Shown: in pieces, positions 1-12,900 of the stretch
How positions within the stretch are numbered: the first letter of the stretch is position 1
Layout of the letters: each line of letters begins with the position of its first letter
Origin: Aplysia californica
Lineage: Eukaryota
Direction of reading: 5' to 3'
Length of the DNA: 64,000 bases
Assembly (NCBI RefSeq): GCF_000002075.1
Contig: NW_004797634.1
Location: 534,539 to 598,538 of the forward strand
Notes under the pieces: generated by a model
Databases searched by the model: none
What the model saw: only the letters and a program-made list of their open reading frames with translations
What the model was told of the DNA's origin: nothing
Made by a program: the position numbers and the translations under genes

Positions 1-203
1 ACACACACACACACACACACATACACACACACAAACGCACACACAAACAAACAAAACATAACATGTACACACACCGAAAAAATAAACATTTTATTATAAC
101 TGTACTCTGGAGAGTATAGACACAGTTTTGCAGATTATAAAATTCACGTAATTAACAAATCATCTCTACTTTCCCATCAACAGCAATACATGTAGGAAGG
201 AGC

Positions 204-1655
204 ATGAACAAAGGAGCAGCTTTCCTATTTCAAGTATGTTCTGTTTGGGTTCTTCTGGCGATATTCGTCTCGAGCTTTCTCCTGATCCGCCCATTCAAAC
301 TCGATCGGTTTATGCCGCGGCAGAATCCCTCAAGACCTCGTAGCCTGATCGCCAAACACAAGACTCATTTTAACAACAGAACGAACAACGAACCTGTCGG
401 AAGATCGAGCACTAGCAACAATCTATCGCCTCAAGAACTGGAACAAATAATCACTCGGGCATTAATTTCCCAGAACGATGCAGGCAGTTCCGACTTCAGT
501 GCAGTCTCACCACCAGCAGATTCCGTCTCCGTCATCAACAACGGAAATGAGGTTAATGAGAAGCATCACGTGGTTTTTTCCAAAGTGCACAAGGCGGCAA
601 GCACAACTGTCCAAAACGTTTTCCTTCGGTTCGCAATATCCCACGACCTGAACGTGATGTTGGACCGTAGTGGGGAGCACATTAATGAGGGTGGATCTCT
701 CATTACCGAGAGCAACTTGTACCCTCTTCCTCTAGGCCACACCCACGATATCTTATGTAACCACCTCATATTCAACAGCACGGAAATATCGCGTTTCTTC
801 CCAAATGATACGGTTTATATTGGGATTTTGAGAAAACCTTTCGAGCAATTCCTGTCTACTTTCGTTTACTACGCTGGTGTTTTTAAGAAGCCACCCCTCT
901 CAAAACTTATTAAAAAGTTCCCCGAAAATCCAGTTGAATCTTTTCTGATAGATTCTGAGAGCTATGTTAATAAGGTAAATCCAGCCAAAGACTTTTTAAA
1001 CAATCGAATGAGTATGGACTTAGGTTTCCCGCTCAACAACTTTGAACTTGCCAAAGTGAACCAGTCTCTGATCCAACAATTTCTCGGTGACGTTCAGTCG
1101 ACATTTGACTTGATCCTCATAGCCGAACAGTTTGAGGAGTCGATGGTCTTGCTACGCCGCTTCCTTGGCTGGAGCACAAAGGACATCCTATATGTAAAAA
1201 GAAATGTGTTCACCTCGGAAGACGAAAGTCTCTCCCGAATTAAAAAAAGAAATTATTCCTCAGAGGTGATGCAACTCTTCTCATCATGGGCCGCAATTGA
1301 CATCGCTCTTTATGATCACTTTGTGGAATTTTTTAACGAGCGGATAAAAAAACAGCCGGGAAATTTTCATGAAGAAGTGATTCAATTCAAAGAGGTAAGG
1401 GAGCAAGTGGATACGTTTTGTTCGTTCGTCCGGTCAAGCCATCTTGTCTCTTCCTCTAAGTCTAAGTACTTCCCCTCCACAAACTTCACCACTGCCTTCA
1501 CCGTCACCTCTTACGACTGTATTTTGATGACTCTGGAAGAGATGGATTTTATGGCTGTAGCAAAATTTCTTCGCCAGATAAAACTCAACAAAGCAAGACG
1601 CCGTCAACATGGGGGAAAAAGAAAGATCCCACAATCCAACAAAGCAAAGACTTGA
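204..1655 (+). CDS. Galactose-3-O-sulfotransferase family (GAL3ST-like) type II Golgi membrane protein, single coding exon
   Basis: 483-aa ORF with an N-terminal TM segment, a Ser/Asn-rich stem, the 5'-PAPS-binding motif VVFSKVHKAASTT, then ILCNH, GILRKPFEQFLS, FDLILIAEQFEESMVLLRRFLGW and DIALYDHF, all typical of Gal-3-O-sulfotransferases. A splice acceptor (ttcccatcaacag) ends at 183, just upstream of the ATG. Confidence 0.9.
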   Translation: MNKGAAFLFQVCSVWVLLAIFVSSFLLIRPFKLDRFMPRQNPSRPRSLIAKHKTHFNNRTNNEPVGRSSTSNNLSPQELEQIITRALISQNDAGSSDFSAVSPPADSVSVINNGNEVNEKHHVVFSKVHKAASTTVQNVFLRFAISHDLNVMLDRSGEHINEGGSLITESNLYPLPLGHTHDILCNHLIFNSTEISRFFPNDTVYIGILRKPFEQFLSTFVYYAGVFKKPPLSKLIKKFPENPVESFLIDSESYVNKVNPAKDFLNNRMSMDLGFPLNNFELAKVNQSLIQQFLGDVQSTFDLILIAEQFEESMVLLRRFLGWSTKDILYVKRNVFTSEDESLSRIKKRNYSSEVMQLFSSWAAIDIALYDHFVEFFNERIKKQPGNFHEEVIQFKEVREQVDTFCSFVRSSHLVSSSKSKYFPSTNFTTAFTVTSYDCILMTLEEMDFMAVAKFLRQIKLNKARRRQHGGKRKIPQSNKAKT

Positions 1656-1709
1656 TGATCCCGACGTTCCATTCTCTAGGTACTTTGGTGTTTCGGGCCA
1701 GCAGTATTA

Positions 1710-2045
1710 GATCTACTGGTGCTCCGTTTTAATCTTATGCTGTGGTATGTCGGGTCAAATTGCAGACGACAGCTTATGACGAATGTAAGAAAGCGACAGG
1801 CAAATTTCATTGGACACACAATGCGGAAAGAAGCATTGCAGAATATTGTAACTACGGGCAAGTTTGAGTTTGATGGAAAGAGAGGCAGAGACAGACAGAG
1901 GGAAAAGATACTGGACAAATTGACAACATGACTGGGAGCAGCAAGAACAACAGACACCATTGCCGCAACGCAAGACAGATCAGCTGGAAGTGGAGATCCA
2001 TGATCGCCCACGCCAGTCGGCAAGGCACCGGATGGTGATGATGAA
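1710..2045 (+). mobile_element. RTE-clade LINE 3' fragment
   Basis: Translates to RKRQANFIGHTMRKEALQNIVTTGKF..GKRGRDRQR; (GAT)n tail; the 3' end is nearly identical to the copy ending at ~48323. Confidence 0.8.
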
Positions 2046-2545
2046 GTCTGGTCAGCAATATTAGTGGTGCACCGTTTTGACTTTTATGCATTGATTTTTT
2101 CCAGCCTGCAGTATTACTGGGGCACCGTTTTGTAATTTTGTATTAATTCTTCCATCAATTCATATGACCTTGGAGCATGCATCAGAATAACATTGAATAT
2201 GTACATGTATCTAGCTTACGATTATTATTATTGTTTATATGGCTGCTAATGTATATAAATGCATGCGATTGTAAGCCTANNNNNNNNNNNNNNNNNNNNN
2301 NNNNNNNNNNNNNNNNNNNNNNNNNNNNNNNNNNNNNNNNNNNNNNNNNNNNNNNNNNNNNNNNNNNNNNNNNNNNNNNNNNNNNNNNNNNNNNNNNNNN
2401 NNNNNNNNNNNNNNNNNNNNNNNATGTGCAACTAGATTATGATTGAGACTGTAAGCAGACAGACTCTGGGATGAATCCTAAAAAAGGGGAGGGTGGGAGA
2501 GCTGAGATGGACATGTTCCGACTGAAGTGACCCCAACACTGTGGA

Positions 2546-2635
2546 CAATGTGTGACAATGTGTGACAAGGTGTGACAAGGTGTGACAAGGTGTGACAAGG
2601 TGTGACAAGGTTTGACAAGGTGTGACAAGGTGAGA
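2546..2635. repeat. 10-bp minisatellite (TGTGACAAGG)n
   Basis: About 8 near-perfect tandem units. Confidence 0.9.
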
Positions 2636-2817
2636 CACGAGGTGAAACACCAAAACAATGTGCAAGGATCTGGACTGAATTAAGATGTATCTTATCTTAT
2701 CTCTTATCTTATTTCTGGAGATCAATACAATGCATTACTAGTGCACCGTTCTAATTCTATGCAAGTGTCTCCTTGATGAGTTTGTCTTCTTCGTCAAAAT
2801 AAACCAGGCAAATAAGT

Positions 2818-3641
2818 ACAATGGATTCCTGTTATAACGAGAGGGAGGGGACCGGAGCAAAATGTCCGTTATAGCAGGATTCTCGCTATAAGGGATCCAG
2901 TAATAAATTCAAGAGAAACTGGAAAGTAGGCCTAATCTATGAGTTTAGTGTCCTGTTTATTTCCTTTTGCTATCTCCCCTGATGATGATTTTGTTTCAAC
3001 ATGACCTCTAGGTCTTACTTTGTCAAAAAATCGAATCAGGTTTCTTTCTCTAACGCTAGATCTAGCTATGTGGACTGACAGCTCGTGTTGGCGATCAGAA
3101 AGAAAGGGTCCTGGGCTAACTCGCCTGTTGTGTTGTCCCCCACCCCACCACACCCTTTGGTGCATTCTGTCTGCTTGCGCACGTCACACATTCGCTCCAT
3201 CCACCCCATTGCTGTGACCTCCCCATCCCCACATTGGAGAAGTGAGAAGCATGGTAGGCCTTGATAATCTAAACTTGGCTTACGCTATCATCACGCGAAT
3301 CCCGCGATGCGTTCTGTTTGTCTGCGCATGCCTCACCCTCCCTACTCAGTCGCTCCGGCCTTCATTGTTGACACACACAGGCTCTCATATTCCTTGTTTC
3401 GCAAGGTCACCAACAACTTTCTCAACTGGCGAGGTTTTACATTATGTATAATTGGCCTCCTATGCACTGGGCACAACAACAGCAATTTTCCTCTATAACC
3501 AACTCGCATGTTTGTCTGATAGTGCTATAGCAGTATTTTATTTACAAAGGTAAAGAGGAGAACAAAATGGGGGTTTTGAATAGTGCCTTTATAACAGACT
3601 TTTCGTTTTTTCCGGACTCGTTATAAGTGGACTCCACTGTA
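2818..3641. mobile_element. Tc1/mariner (Tigger-like) non-autonomous element
   Basis: TA-flanked imperfect TIRs caatggattcctgttataacgag / ctcgttataagtggactccactg. Confidence 0.6.
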
Positions 3642-4639
3642 TTGTAACAGAAACAAAGTTGTTTGTAACTTATGGGAGCAGGTTTGTACAAGAAGAGTCA
3701 CAGAAATTGATGTACAGAAAAGTGGGAAAAAATGGAATAACATCAAGTCAAAGAGGCTGGCCAAGCACAGGGAAAAGTGGAAAGTGTTTGTTCGTGGCCT
3801 ATACCCTGAACGAGGGTGAGAAAGGCAATGACGATGATGAGGTTTGTACTAGGGATTGTGAAATGAGCATTTTTATTGATTATTGTTATGAAATCATGTC
3901 TTCAAATTATAGGTATTCAATTTGGTTTGCTTACAGTTACAGGGCTCTCCTCCAATGATAATGATCATCACCCTTGCCTTTCTCACCATGACTCAGGGTA
4001 CAGGCCACGAACAAACACCTTTCACCTTTTACTTTTGTGGGCTTGCCTCTTGATGTTATTCCATGTCTTTCTTCCCACTTTCCTGTTCATTAATTTCTGT
4101 GAATCTTAACCAGGTTCCACATGGTCATCCCCCAAAGATAGATCTAAGTCATTTGTAATACAATACTACAAATAAACATAATTATTTAATCATACTAATA
4201 TACTAATAATAACGGCATCTATAAAGAGCATTTCAATGCTCTACTTTACATTTACAGAGAATGCTCTTTGTGCTTTACAACACTTTACAGCTATTTTTAC
4301 CGCCCTATCCGTACGTCGTGTTTTACTATTGTATTTGTATCCATTCGACGAGGGGAACTCTGTGCCACCACTTTCAAATAGGAAAATTGTTTGTTAATCC
4401 GATCCGTACACTTTGCACAGCAGTATGTCAAAATGATTTTTTGGGAAAAACTGAAAGTTTTAGGGAGATCTTTGTTCTAGAAGTATTCTAAAATGAGAAG
4501 AATACAACCCCGGGGGTACAAAATGACCCCAGGGCGTACGGATAGGGACTCGGAAGGATTCTCTGCAACCCGAGAAGCATATGGCACAAGCAGCCAATTT
4601 TACACTCAACCACTAACAACCTGACAAAATCCTTTGCTG

Positions 4640-4790
4640 TCTATGGCCAGAAACCAATTCAAACATGGGTGTACTGAAGAAAATTAGTGTAAAATACCTT
4701 TCCCATGGACACAATGTCAGGACTCTGATAGGTTTCGAACCAACAACCTTTGTTGCGAGCCCAACAGACAACCACTCGACCAAAGAGGCC
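4640..4790 (-). mobile_element. tRNA-derived SINE fragment
   Basis: The minus strand has A/B-box-like tggtcgagtgg...ggttcgaaac followed by ttgtgtccatgggaaagg. A related piece lies at ~58665-58745. Confidence 0.55.
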
Positions 4791-4852
4791 ATATCATAAT
4801 ACTGCACAGGATGAAGGCCTTCAGAGTGCAAAGACAAAGAATTTAACCATTA

Positions 4853-5048
4853 TACGGGGGTGCCCATTGGGGAATCGGGGCAGGTCAGTTCGCTAGCCAG
4901 ATTGAGCGCGCAAAGCGGCTATCATGGCACAAGCCGATCGCGTCCAATTTGTCGCCTCAAAAAACAAACACATTTGTTTTCGGGCGACGAGTCAGCGATC
5001 AATCCGACCTGACCCGGCCCAATCCCATCCGCAATGGGCATCCGGTAT
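4853..5048. mobile_element. CGGGGTGCCCA-family palindromic MITE (Tc1/mariner-like, TA TSD)
   Basis: TIRs tacgggggtgcccat / atgggcatccggta. Other copies lie at 22158-22299, ~43760-43951, 48631-48680 and 49580-49731. Confidence 0.65.
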
Positions 5049-6345
5049 TACTATTACACAACGGACGCCATCTCCATTTCTCATCATCTTTCTTATAGGG
5101 TTAAGGGACACATAAAGTATTATTATTATTACATATCATGTACAAGTTAAACCAAAAGATCTAAAATATTTTCTCTAAGTTTTAAGTTCTTGAATTTTTA
5201 ACTCGTAATTAATCAAACGTTTTAAAACACACACAAAAAAAGAGTGGAATAATAAGGAATCGCATCTTTATTGGCACCTGAAAAACCAACTGACAAGCCT
5301 TTATGATCACACAACACACAATATAGCAGACAGTCAGATGCAAAAACTATGTTTTCCACTTCACTTACTTCTGTCGGTGTCAATTGTCCAGAACTTATGG
5401 GCTTAAATACAGGTGAAATTGTCCAAGATGGTCACCCGTTATCGACGAGAAATGTAGTTATCTTAGACAGGTGGATGTCTTGAACAGTGACATTATAATA
5501 TACAGTATAAAAAACGTGTTTTTTTAGAATGGACATAGAAGGTGTTGAGCCGAATAATAAAAATTTGATAAAAGTAGCCAAAACAGCTGAAAAATGTTAG
5601 TTTCTTCGATTTCTTTATTTTGACAAGCACCTGATTTCACCATGATGCCTCACATGTATCAACAGTATTTTTTTTTAATCCTCACTGTTGTACAAACTCT
5701 GAAATGAGACAGCCAGTTAAAAAAGAAAAATTCTTAATAGGTCTTGAAGAAGAATGGCAGGAACAACAGGGCAACCGAGATGACAGGAGGAGCTGTATAG
5801 GCCTATATCGCATGTATCAAACTCAAGGCTGGCGGGCCTCATCCCGCCCAGAAAACAATTACGTCCGACCCATGAGAGAATTTTAGGTAGTCTAAGGTAG
5901 CCATCCCTGAGAGTCTTCATACATAACACAGAACATTGCCCCAAACATAAACGAACTTGCCATGCTGCCAAGAAACAACACCAACCATCCACCTCTGACA
6001 AACTGGCATAAGAATAGCAACATTGAGCATGCCTTAATTATTATCATTTTAACTCTTGTCTGTTGTAATTCATTTCACGGTTTTAAAGTACTTTAAGTTT
6101 TCCACTGCTCAATGTGTGATAATCCCGTTCAGCCTGCAACCTGAAGTATTTGGCTCCGCAAGTGACTCCACTGGCTTGTACAAATCAACAAGACAAGATT
6201 AACTCCATGGACAACAACAGGGGGGGGAACTGTAACCCTATAAGATAGTATAAGTCAAGTTCAGCATTTTATCAAAATACAAGTAACCCCCCCAACACGA
6301 AGCCTCCTTCCCACTGAGAAACTTTCATCAAATCGTCTGAGTAAA

Positions 6346-6967
6346 TCACTTGAGGTGAAGCACTGGAGTAGAAATTAATGAAAACGAAGAATCTTCACGA
6401 TCACCTTTTGAATAAGTCGAGTCAGCTTGCTGTCGAGACGAGCTAGGACGATAATGGTCACCTGACACCTGTCTTCTCCACCTGTCTTGCTCACCTCCAC
6501 CATAAACAGTTGGATAGGGATAACTGTTCATAGCAACAGACCCAGCAGCTTTATTCTGGGATCTACGCTTTCGTACATAAGGCTTTACACCTACAAAGTC
6601 CATGAAGCTTTCCTCCGAAGAAGCCAAATTTCCAGTTGGTTCAGCTGGACTGGCGTGAAAATCCGACATAGACCGACCACTCCCGACACAGCCACCTTGC
6701 TTTCTCACATACGGTCTCACATTTACAGATCGTGCACCATCCCCTCCTGAATCTGAAACAAAACTTGACGGTACGGCTCCATTCACCCGAGACTCAGTTT
6801 GTGAGCCGGAAGAGGGGGCAGTGGGTAAACAGTTCGGAATGAGCCATGGATTTCCCGTAGGAGTGCTGTTCGACGACTTTGACAAGCCAGATCGGACAAC
6901 CAGACTGCCAGATGAGGCTGAAGGTCTGCTGGGGTCTTTCAGGTCTTGTCTCTTCTGAAAATGTTTC
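6346..6967 (-). CDS. CENATAC: CENATAC terminal coding exon (long Ser/Gly-rich tail)
   Basis: Acceptor ttttgtgcag; continues in the frame of ORF 6346..6975 (KHFQKRQD...) to a TGA stop. Confidence 0.8.
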
Positions 6968-9900
6968 CTGCACAAAACAAAGAGAAGAGGGGAAACAGAG
7001 AGGATAAATCATTTATGAAATGTGCTGACAAAAAAAGTTACTTCTCTCAGTCCACAAATGGAGCAATCAGCCAAAAATTAACACTAGGATAGATTTTCAA
7101 TTGATGTCATTTTCTTCAAGATTCACATGTCTTTTATTTTTTCATACTTATAAATTGAACAAACTCCATGTGTAAATTTGATGTATCTGTTTCCATAAGG
7201 TAAAAATCCGAGAAATAACTCATGTTGTCAGCAAGCGCAACATTCCTCATTGCAAGGTTAGTACAGCATTGCTTAGTAAGATAGAAAATGCCATGATGGC
7301 AGCCTTTAAATAGAAGAATCCATTGTAATATCTCCCAGAAAGACAACTTTGTTAAATTTTTTTTTCATCTATTAGCCTCTACTTGAAAGCACGACAAGTC
7401 AGAAAGCAGGTACCGGAACTTTCTCAGTACCGACTTGAGGTCTGGTGCAATTACTGTTGTGGAGCGTGGACATAATATTTATTAATATGCATTTATTATT
7501 ATCACTATAATTATTGTTATTATTATAATTAATAATTATAAGTGGTAGTACAGTGAGTTTCGGTACCAGTACCTGCCCTGCCCTGGTGTGTGTAGGAAAG
7601 AATGTGTGAGAGAGAGTGTGTTTATGGGTGTGCATGTGTGTATTTGTATGTGGGTCTGCGAGTCTGTATGTATGTGTATACTTGGTGAAACACCAAATCA
7701 ATGTGCCAGAATCTAGACTATAAAGATTTATCTAATCTACTGCATACTAAATAGAGCAGACCAGGTCACAATCTTTAGACTCCGTTGTGGCCACAACAGA
7801 CTTAAACACCATATGCACACCAAATTAAAAGTGGGAGAGTCAGCGATCTGTGAATGTCAACACGACCAAGAGGATGCCAACCATATCCTTCAGCACTGCC
7901 TGCGCTACACCACCCTTCGAACACAGACGTGGCAGAATGTGGCTGCCCTTGAGAGAAAGCTCATGGTTGTCTCTCAGAGTTGAAGCAAACTGCACAGTTT
8001 GTGCGCGACATTGGACTGACTGTCTAGCTGCTGTCATCGAGAACGAGGAAGAAGGAAGAAGAAAAAATCTAATCTTTTATACATAGCATGTAAAAGCAGC
8101 TGGTATGACAGGAACCATGGAAGTAGAAACAATTTCTTATACCATTCAAAAGTTAATTTCAAGGCTGAATTGGTCCTTTACAAAAAAGCATATTTCAAAC
8201 AGACATGGCAAAAATCCACAGGATTGTTGAGTTGTCATAGTTTTGAATAAGTCAATTCCACAGGGATCACATTCCAGTAGAAACAGAAACAGATAGTAAT
8301 TGTCGATCTTTTTATAACCAACACTCACTTTTGCCACATTTAGGCGACTAAAATTCTCAAACTGCCCACTTACATGTATTTTCAAGCAGGGCATTTATAT
8401 AACACAGGTTACCATCCGGGTGATCACCTCTGCTGCCCATCAAAATCACCTAATGGTCCACTAGTGGGTGATATTATCCAGCTTGGCAAGTTTTAACTTA
8501 AGATTGAGTTTTAGGCACTTGCAACACAACAAGGTCATATAAGAGCCGGAGAATAGAGGTGTTTCAAGAGAGTATCAAACACAACATAGAATGAGGAGAG
8601 TTATGGATGATAGATGTTTGATATGAAAGAAGGAGCAAACCGCATCAGAGCACCCGCCAACCCTTCACTCACCACTAGGGTGATAGCAATTGCCCATCAA
8701 AATTACCAAATCGCCCACAAGTGACCAATACCACCCAGCTCATCAAGCACTGGACTAAGATAACAAAGGTGACAATGCAAAGAAGCAGACGGAGCAGACC
8801 ACACCAAGGCGTCCACCAGCCACCAATCTTACACTGAGTGTGTACGTGCGCTGTGCCTCCAGACTCCGCCAAAGGAGGGTAGCCAGTTGTCAGACTGTTC
8901 CTTCTGCCGATCAAATTTGGCACCAGTTCTATCCGCTCGGAGAAGAGATTTTTTCTTTAGCTTTTCTGAAAAAAACCCAAACAAACAGAGATAAGAGTTA
9001 CTTCAGCTGTGTAGAATTTTGTCCCAGCTCAAAATATAAGAACACACACGTCCTTCTGAACCTTTCACACAGACACACCCAGACAGACATACACACACAA
9101 ACATACACACACACACACACAAGTTGTAATAGTTGTAAAGAGCATAGAACATGCTATAGAGCAGTACAAATACCATTAAAAGAGTGCTGAAAGAATTTTT
9201 TTTAAAGACGTTAGCAACTGGTTGAAGGCAATCAGTTTCCTTTTTTTTTTTGTACTTTCAGCTTCAAGACATACGACCTGTCCCTGCAGTTTTATGCCAA
9301 AAAAATTCTGAAATTATGCGAACTGAGCCCAAAAATGAAATTATGCGATTCTGTTAATTTTAACATAGAACGATTAAGAAAAATAATCCGAAATTATCCC
9401 AAAAATGACAAAATTTTGCTAAATTATGCGGGGTGCATAAGACCACGCGGACAGTATGACAGGAAAAACAGAACAACTCTCAAGACGTCACAAGAAAGTT
9501 TCCAAAAACTGACTATGCTTGTCCCAGTCTCCGATGTCGGGTCCTATTTTCCGGCTGGCTGTGGCTGCTCCATCGGCGTCAGGGTCAGCCCTCAGCCAAG
9601 GTGGGAGAGCGTTGGTGTAGATATTCCCAACGCTGTCGTCTTCCTGTGGGGCATGGAACAAGTTGGTGTTACTCCACGATTGACAACTCAGTTCTTTTTT
9701 AAGGGGGTTAGAGGGTGATTGGGGGGGAGATGTGGATTAACACCTATCAGCAAAGAAGCTTTAACTTGTGCTCAATTTTGCCTGTACTATATATATTTGT
9801 TGCATAATTACCAGCTAAATGTTGGTCAAGCTCATAACATTACAACAAAGGAAACGGGTGGAGCAGTGTGGTGTGAGTTTGGAAAAAGCTGGAAACTTGG

Positions 9901-12900
9901 ATCTCAGAAATTTGAGGTGTTGTCAGGGTGGTGGGGGAGGTGAAACGATTTTCTTTGCACTGAATTTCATCGATACACTTCGAAAGAAAAAAAAAACCTT
10001 CAAGATATTCTTTTAACGCAATCTCTATCAGAATTAGACACTTTGAGTCCTAAACTTTCCAAAATAAATTGCTGATCATGATTTTAAAGTTACAAGCAAC
10101 GCAAACTGTTCCATTTGCCCAATTTTTTTTTTAACAAACATTCTAATTATCTTTAAAACTTGCCATTCAGAATATATATAATATATATTTCACCAAAATT
10201 TTTCCTGCTAAAACAAAAATCTTCTCACCTGAGTTCTGTCAAGGGCTGTCAGTCCCTCTCCAAAAGCTCTTTCCGTTTTCTTTCTTTGAGCCTCAGGATC
10301 AAACCAGGTAGCTTCATCTCTGGTCTGCTGCTGCGGCCCAGGCTGCACAAAGCTTCCTTGAGTGGACTGCCGGCCATCGTTCTATGTGACAGAGTCTTAC
10401 ACTTTCAGGAAAACTTAAACAGAGCTTTCATTTGCAGAGAACAAACAATAGTCTTGAGTGTTCTCTAGAAACGTCAGTAAACAGACTTAAAAAATGTATA
10501 TTAAATTATCAATATGAAACGTGCATTTAAAAGATGACCAAAATAAAATTTTATAAACCAATTGTAAGACCATGGGAAAACATGATCACAAACTGCAGCT
10601 CCGAGTCTCTGCCAAATGCATCTCCCATTTCCAGCAAATCGGCAGGCAAATTCCAGTAAGAACATTTAATAAGACATTAGGTTCTTAAAAAAGAAGCATG
10701 AACGGGCCTTATAATTATAACCTACCACATTCAAAAGACAATTCTTTTTTCGGACCCATTGCTATATCACTGAAAACCTTTTCAAACTGCAGACAAAATC
10801 CTCCTGCATACTCATAATATACAAGTAGGTACCAAAAAAGCAACAGAGGATTGACTTTTAAACAGAAAACCTTTATCACTGTCCATAGCAGATCATGACA
10901 CATTTCTTGGGTGTTAATTCCTTCTTGTCGGAATAAGGCAGGCAGTATGAAAATTGAAATTTCTTAAACATGGCAAAAGAGGGAACTGCCAATAAAAAGG
11001 CTGACAAGCACTGCTTTACTTCATTAAAAGCAAGCATGACTCTGATTTCAAACACATTTCCTTCCTCCATAAGACATTTGTAAACCACTCACTCTAAAAT
11101 AGTCAGAAATGCACGTAAAAACAGTACGAAGCAAATTTAAACACAGATTAATGCTAACTGTTAACGATAACTTTTCTCTTTGTGCATTTATTTTGGATAC
11201 TCCGGAGGTTCAAGTGGCAAAAACAAGGAACATTCTCTGACATACAGAACGCAAACTATGCCTAGAAGAAAGGTTCATCTTGCAGTTGTCACAAGAATCA
11301 AACTGATGATACCAGTACTTCTTAAATCAAGGTACACTCTATCCAGTTACCCGTACCCTGATGAGTTGGAATCATCCTTGTTCCACATGAGCACTTTGAA
11401 GTACAGGTCTTCCTTTGGATCACATTTCATCATAGAGTAAACAGGTGGGAGATAACAGGTATGTCCAGCAGTAGGGGCCAAGTTGTGCCTCTTGAAATTT
11501 GTCTAAGAACCTAGTTCTGATAGAAACCCATTTTTCTGTCTCCCAACGACCAGACTATTAGGCAGAGACCACTGTATGAACACCACGTCGCTGGATTGAC
11601 TCTATAGAGGACATCCTCAGAACCCACCACCTGACTCTCCTTCAAGCCACTCAACAAGCACCTGGCGGACAATTCGCTACCTTAGTTACAAAGTTTTATC
11701 TGACATTTTTGGCCATTTTGAGTTACTAAGACCATGAGGTCAGAAATCATATGTTCTATCTACTCCATCAAAATCGCAAGATTATTCTGCGTCGTTATCA
11801 AGATGTTGAAAGAATTGTATTTGAAAAAGCTTGACACGTTTTGAAACTCAAAATTTTTAAAGTCAAATTTTTCAAAACAAGGAACTGAGCAGACGGAACT
11901 TTGTATTTCTGAGGAGGCGAATTGTGTCTTATCACGACACCCACCGGTACCAGCAGAAGGTAAAATTAAGAAAGTATAGAACCCCAATAAGTTACTGTCT
12001 ACTTTATCAACATTCCTATCCTGTGACCTGGACACAGCAGATGGGACAGGCAGATACAAACACAACAGTTCCTCCTGTCGCATCCCTGACTTTTCTTGAC
12101 AGTCATTAATCCTTTGAACCCTGAGGGCCCGACCCTGACTGTAGAAATTCTGGGTTCCCCTTTGATGGGCTTGAGTGTACAGTCGGGATCAAGACAGTAT
12201 TGGAATAGTGAAAAATTGAGTGTGGCAATTTCGGGCACAGCAACCTTCGGCCCAAACCAAAATATCGGCCATTCGGGTTCAAAGGGTTAAGTAAGCATTA
12301 TCAACTCATCATTAGAACTGACAACCAAACACTCAAGAAGCAATAGGATACGCTGAGAATGGATGATATCCATCGGACCAACCTTGTCCAACGTTGCTGA
12401 CATCAAAGTGTACTGGCTGTGTAAATTCTGTCCAGAAATGTCAGCGGTAATCTGCAGAAAATAAAAAAAGATTCACTCTAAGCCCACGTGCCTAGTCCAT
12501 CATACCAGCTTTGTATATAAATGGTTTAACCAAATGTGAGATGGGCTGACAAAATGAGTTAATTCACGGATTTTAACCCTATGGATACAGATAAATTTAT
12601 CATTTATTGATTGGATTTGTACAATTTATTATATGAAATGAAAAAAGACATGTTAAATTTGAAGAAAATGACATCAGTTATTAAGATATACAAATTTGAC
12701 GTGTCTATTTTCGGCCGCATCTCCATTCATGGATTGCGAGAAGTAACTCATATTGTCAGTCAAAATATTGTTGGTGGTTTTAGAACTTAAAAATATGACG
12801 TACGTTGCATGGGCGGAAAGTGTTAAACCGAACCCTGGTCATAGAATTAAGTCTTATCCACTCAAAATATTCCATTGAAATTTCTTTAAATTCCACAGTC

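Noticed and set aside
6346-6975. 209-aa ORF as a stand-alone gene
   Set aside because: It starts at a non-ATG codon that overlaps a splice acceptor, and it joins in frame as the last exon of CENATAC.
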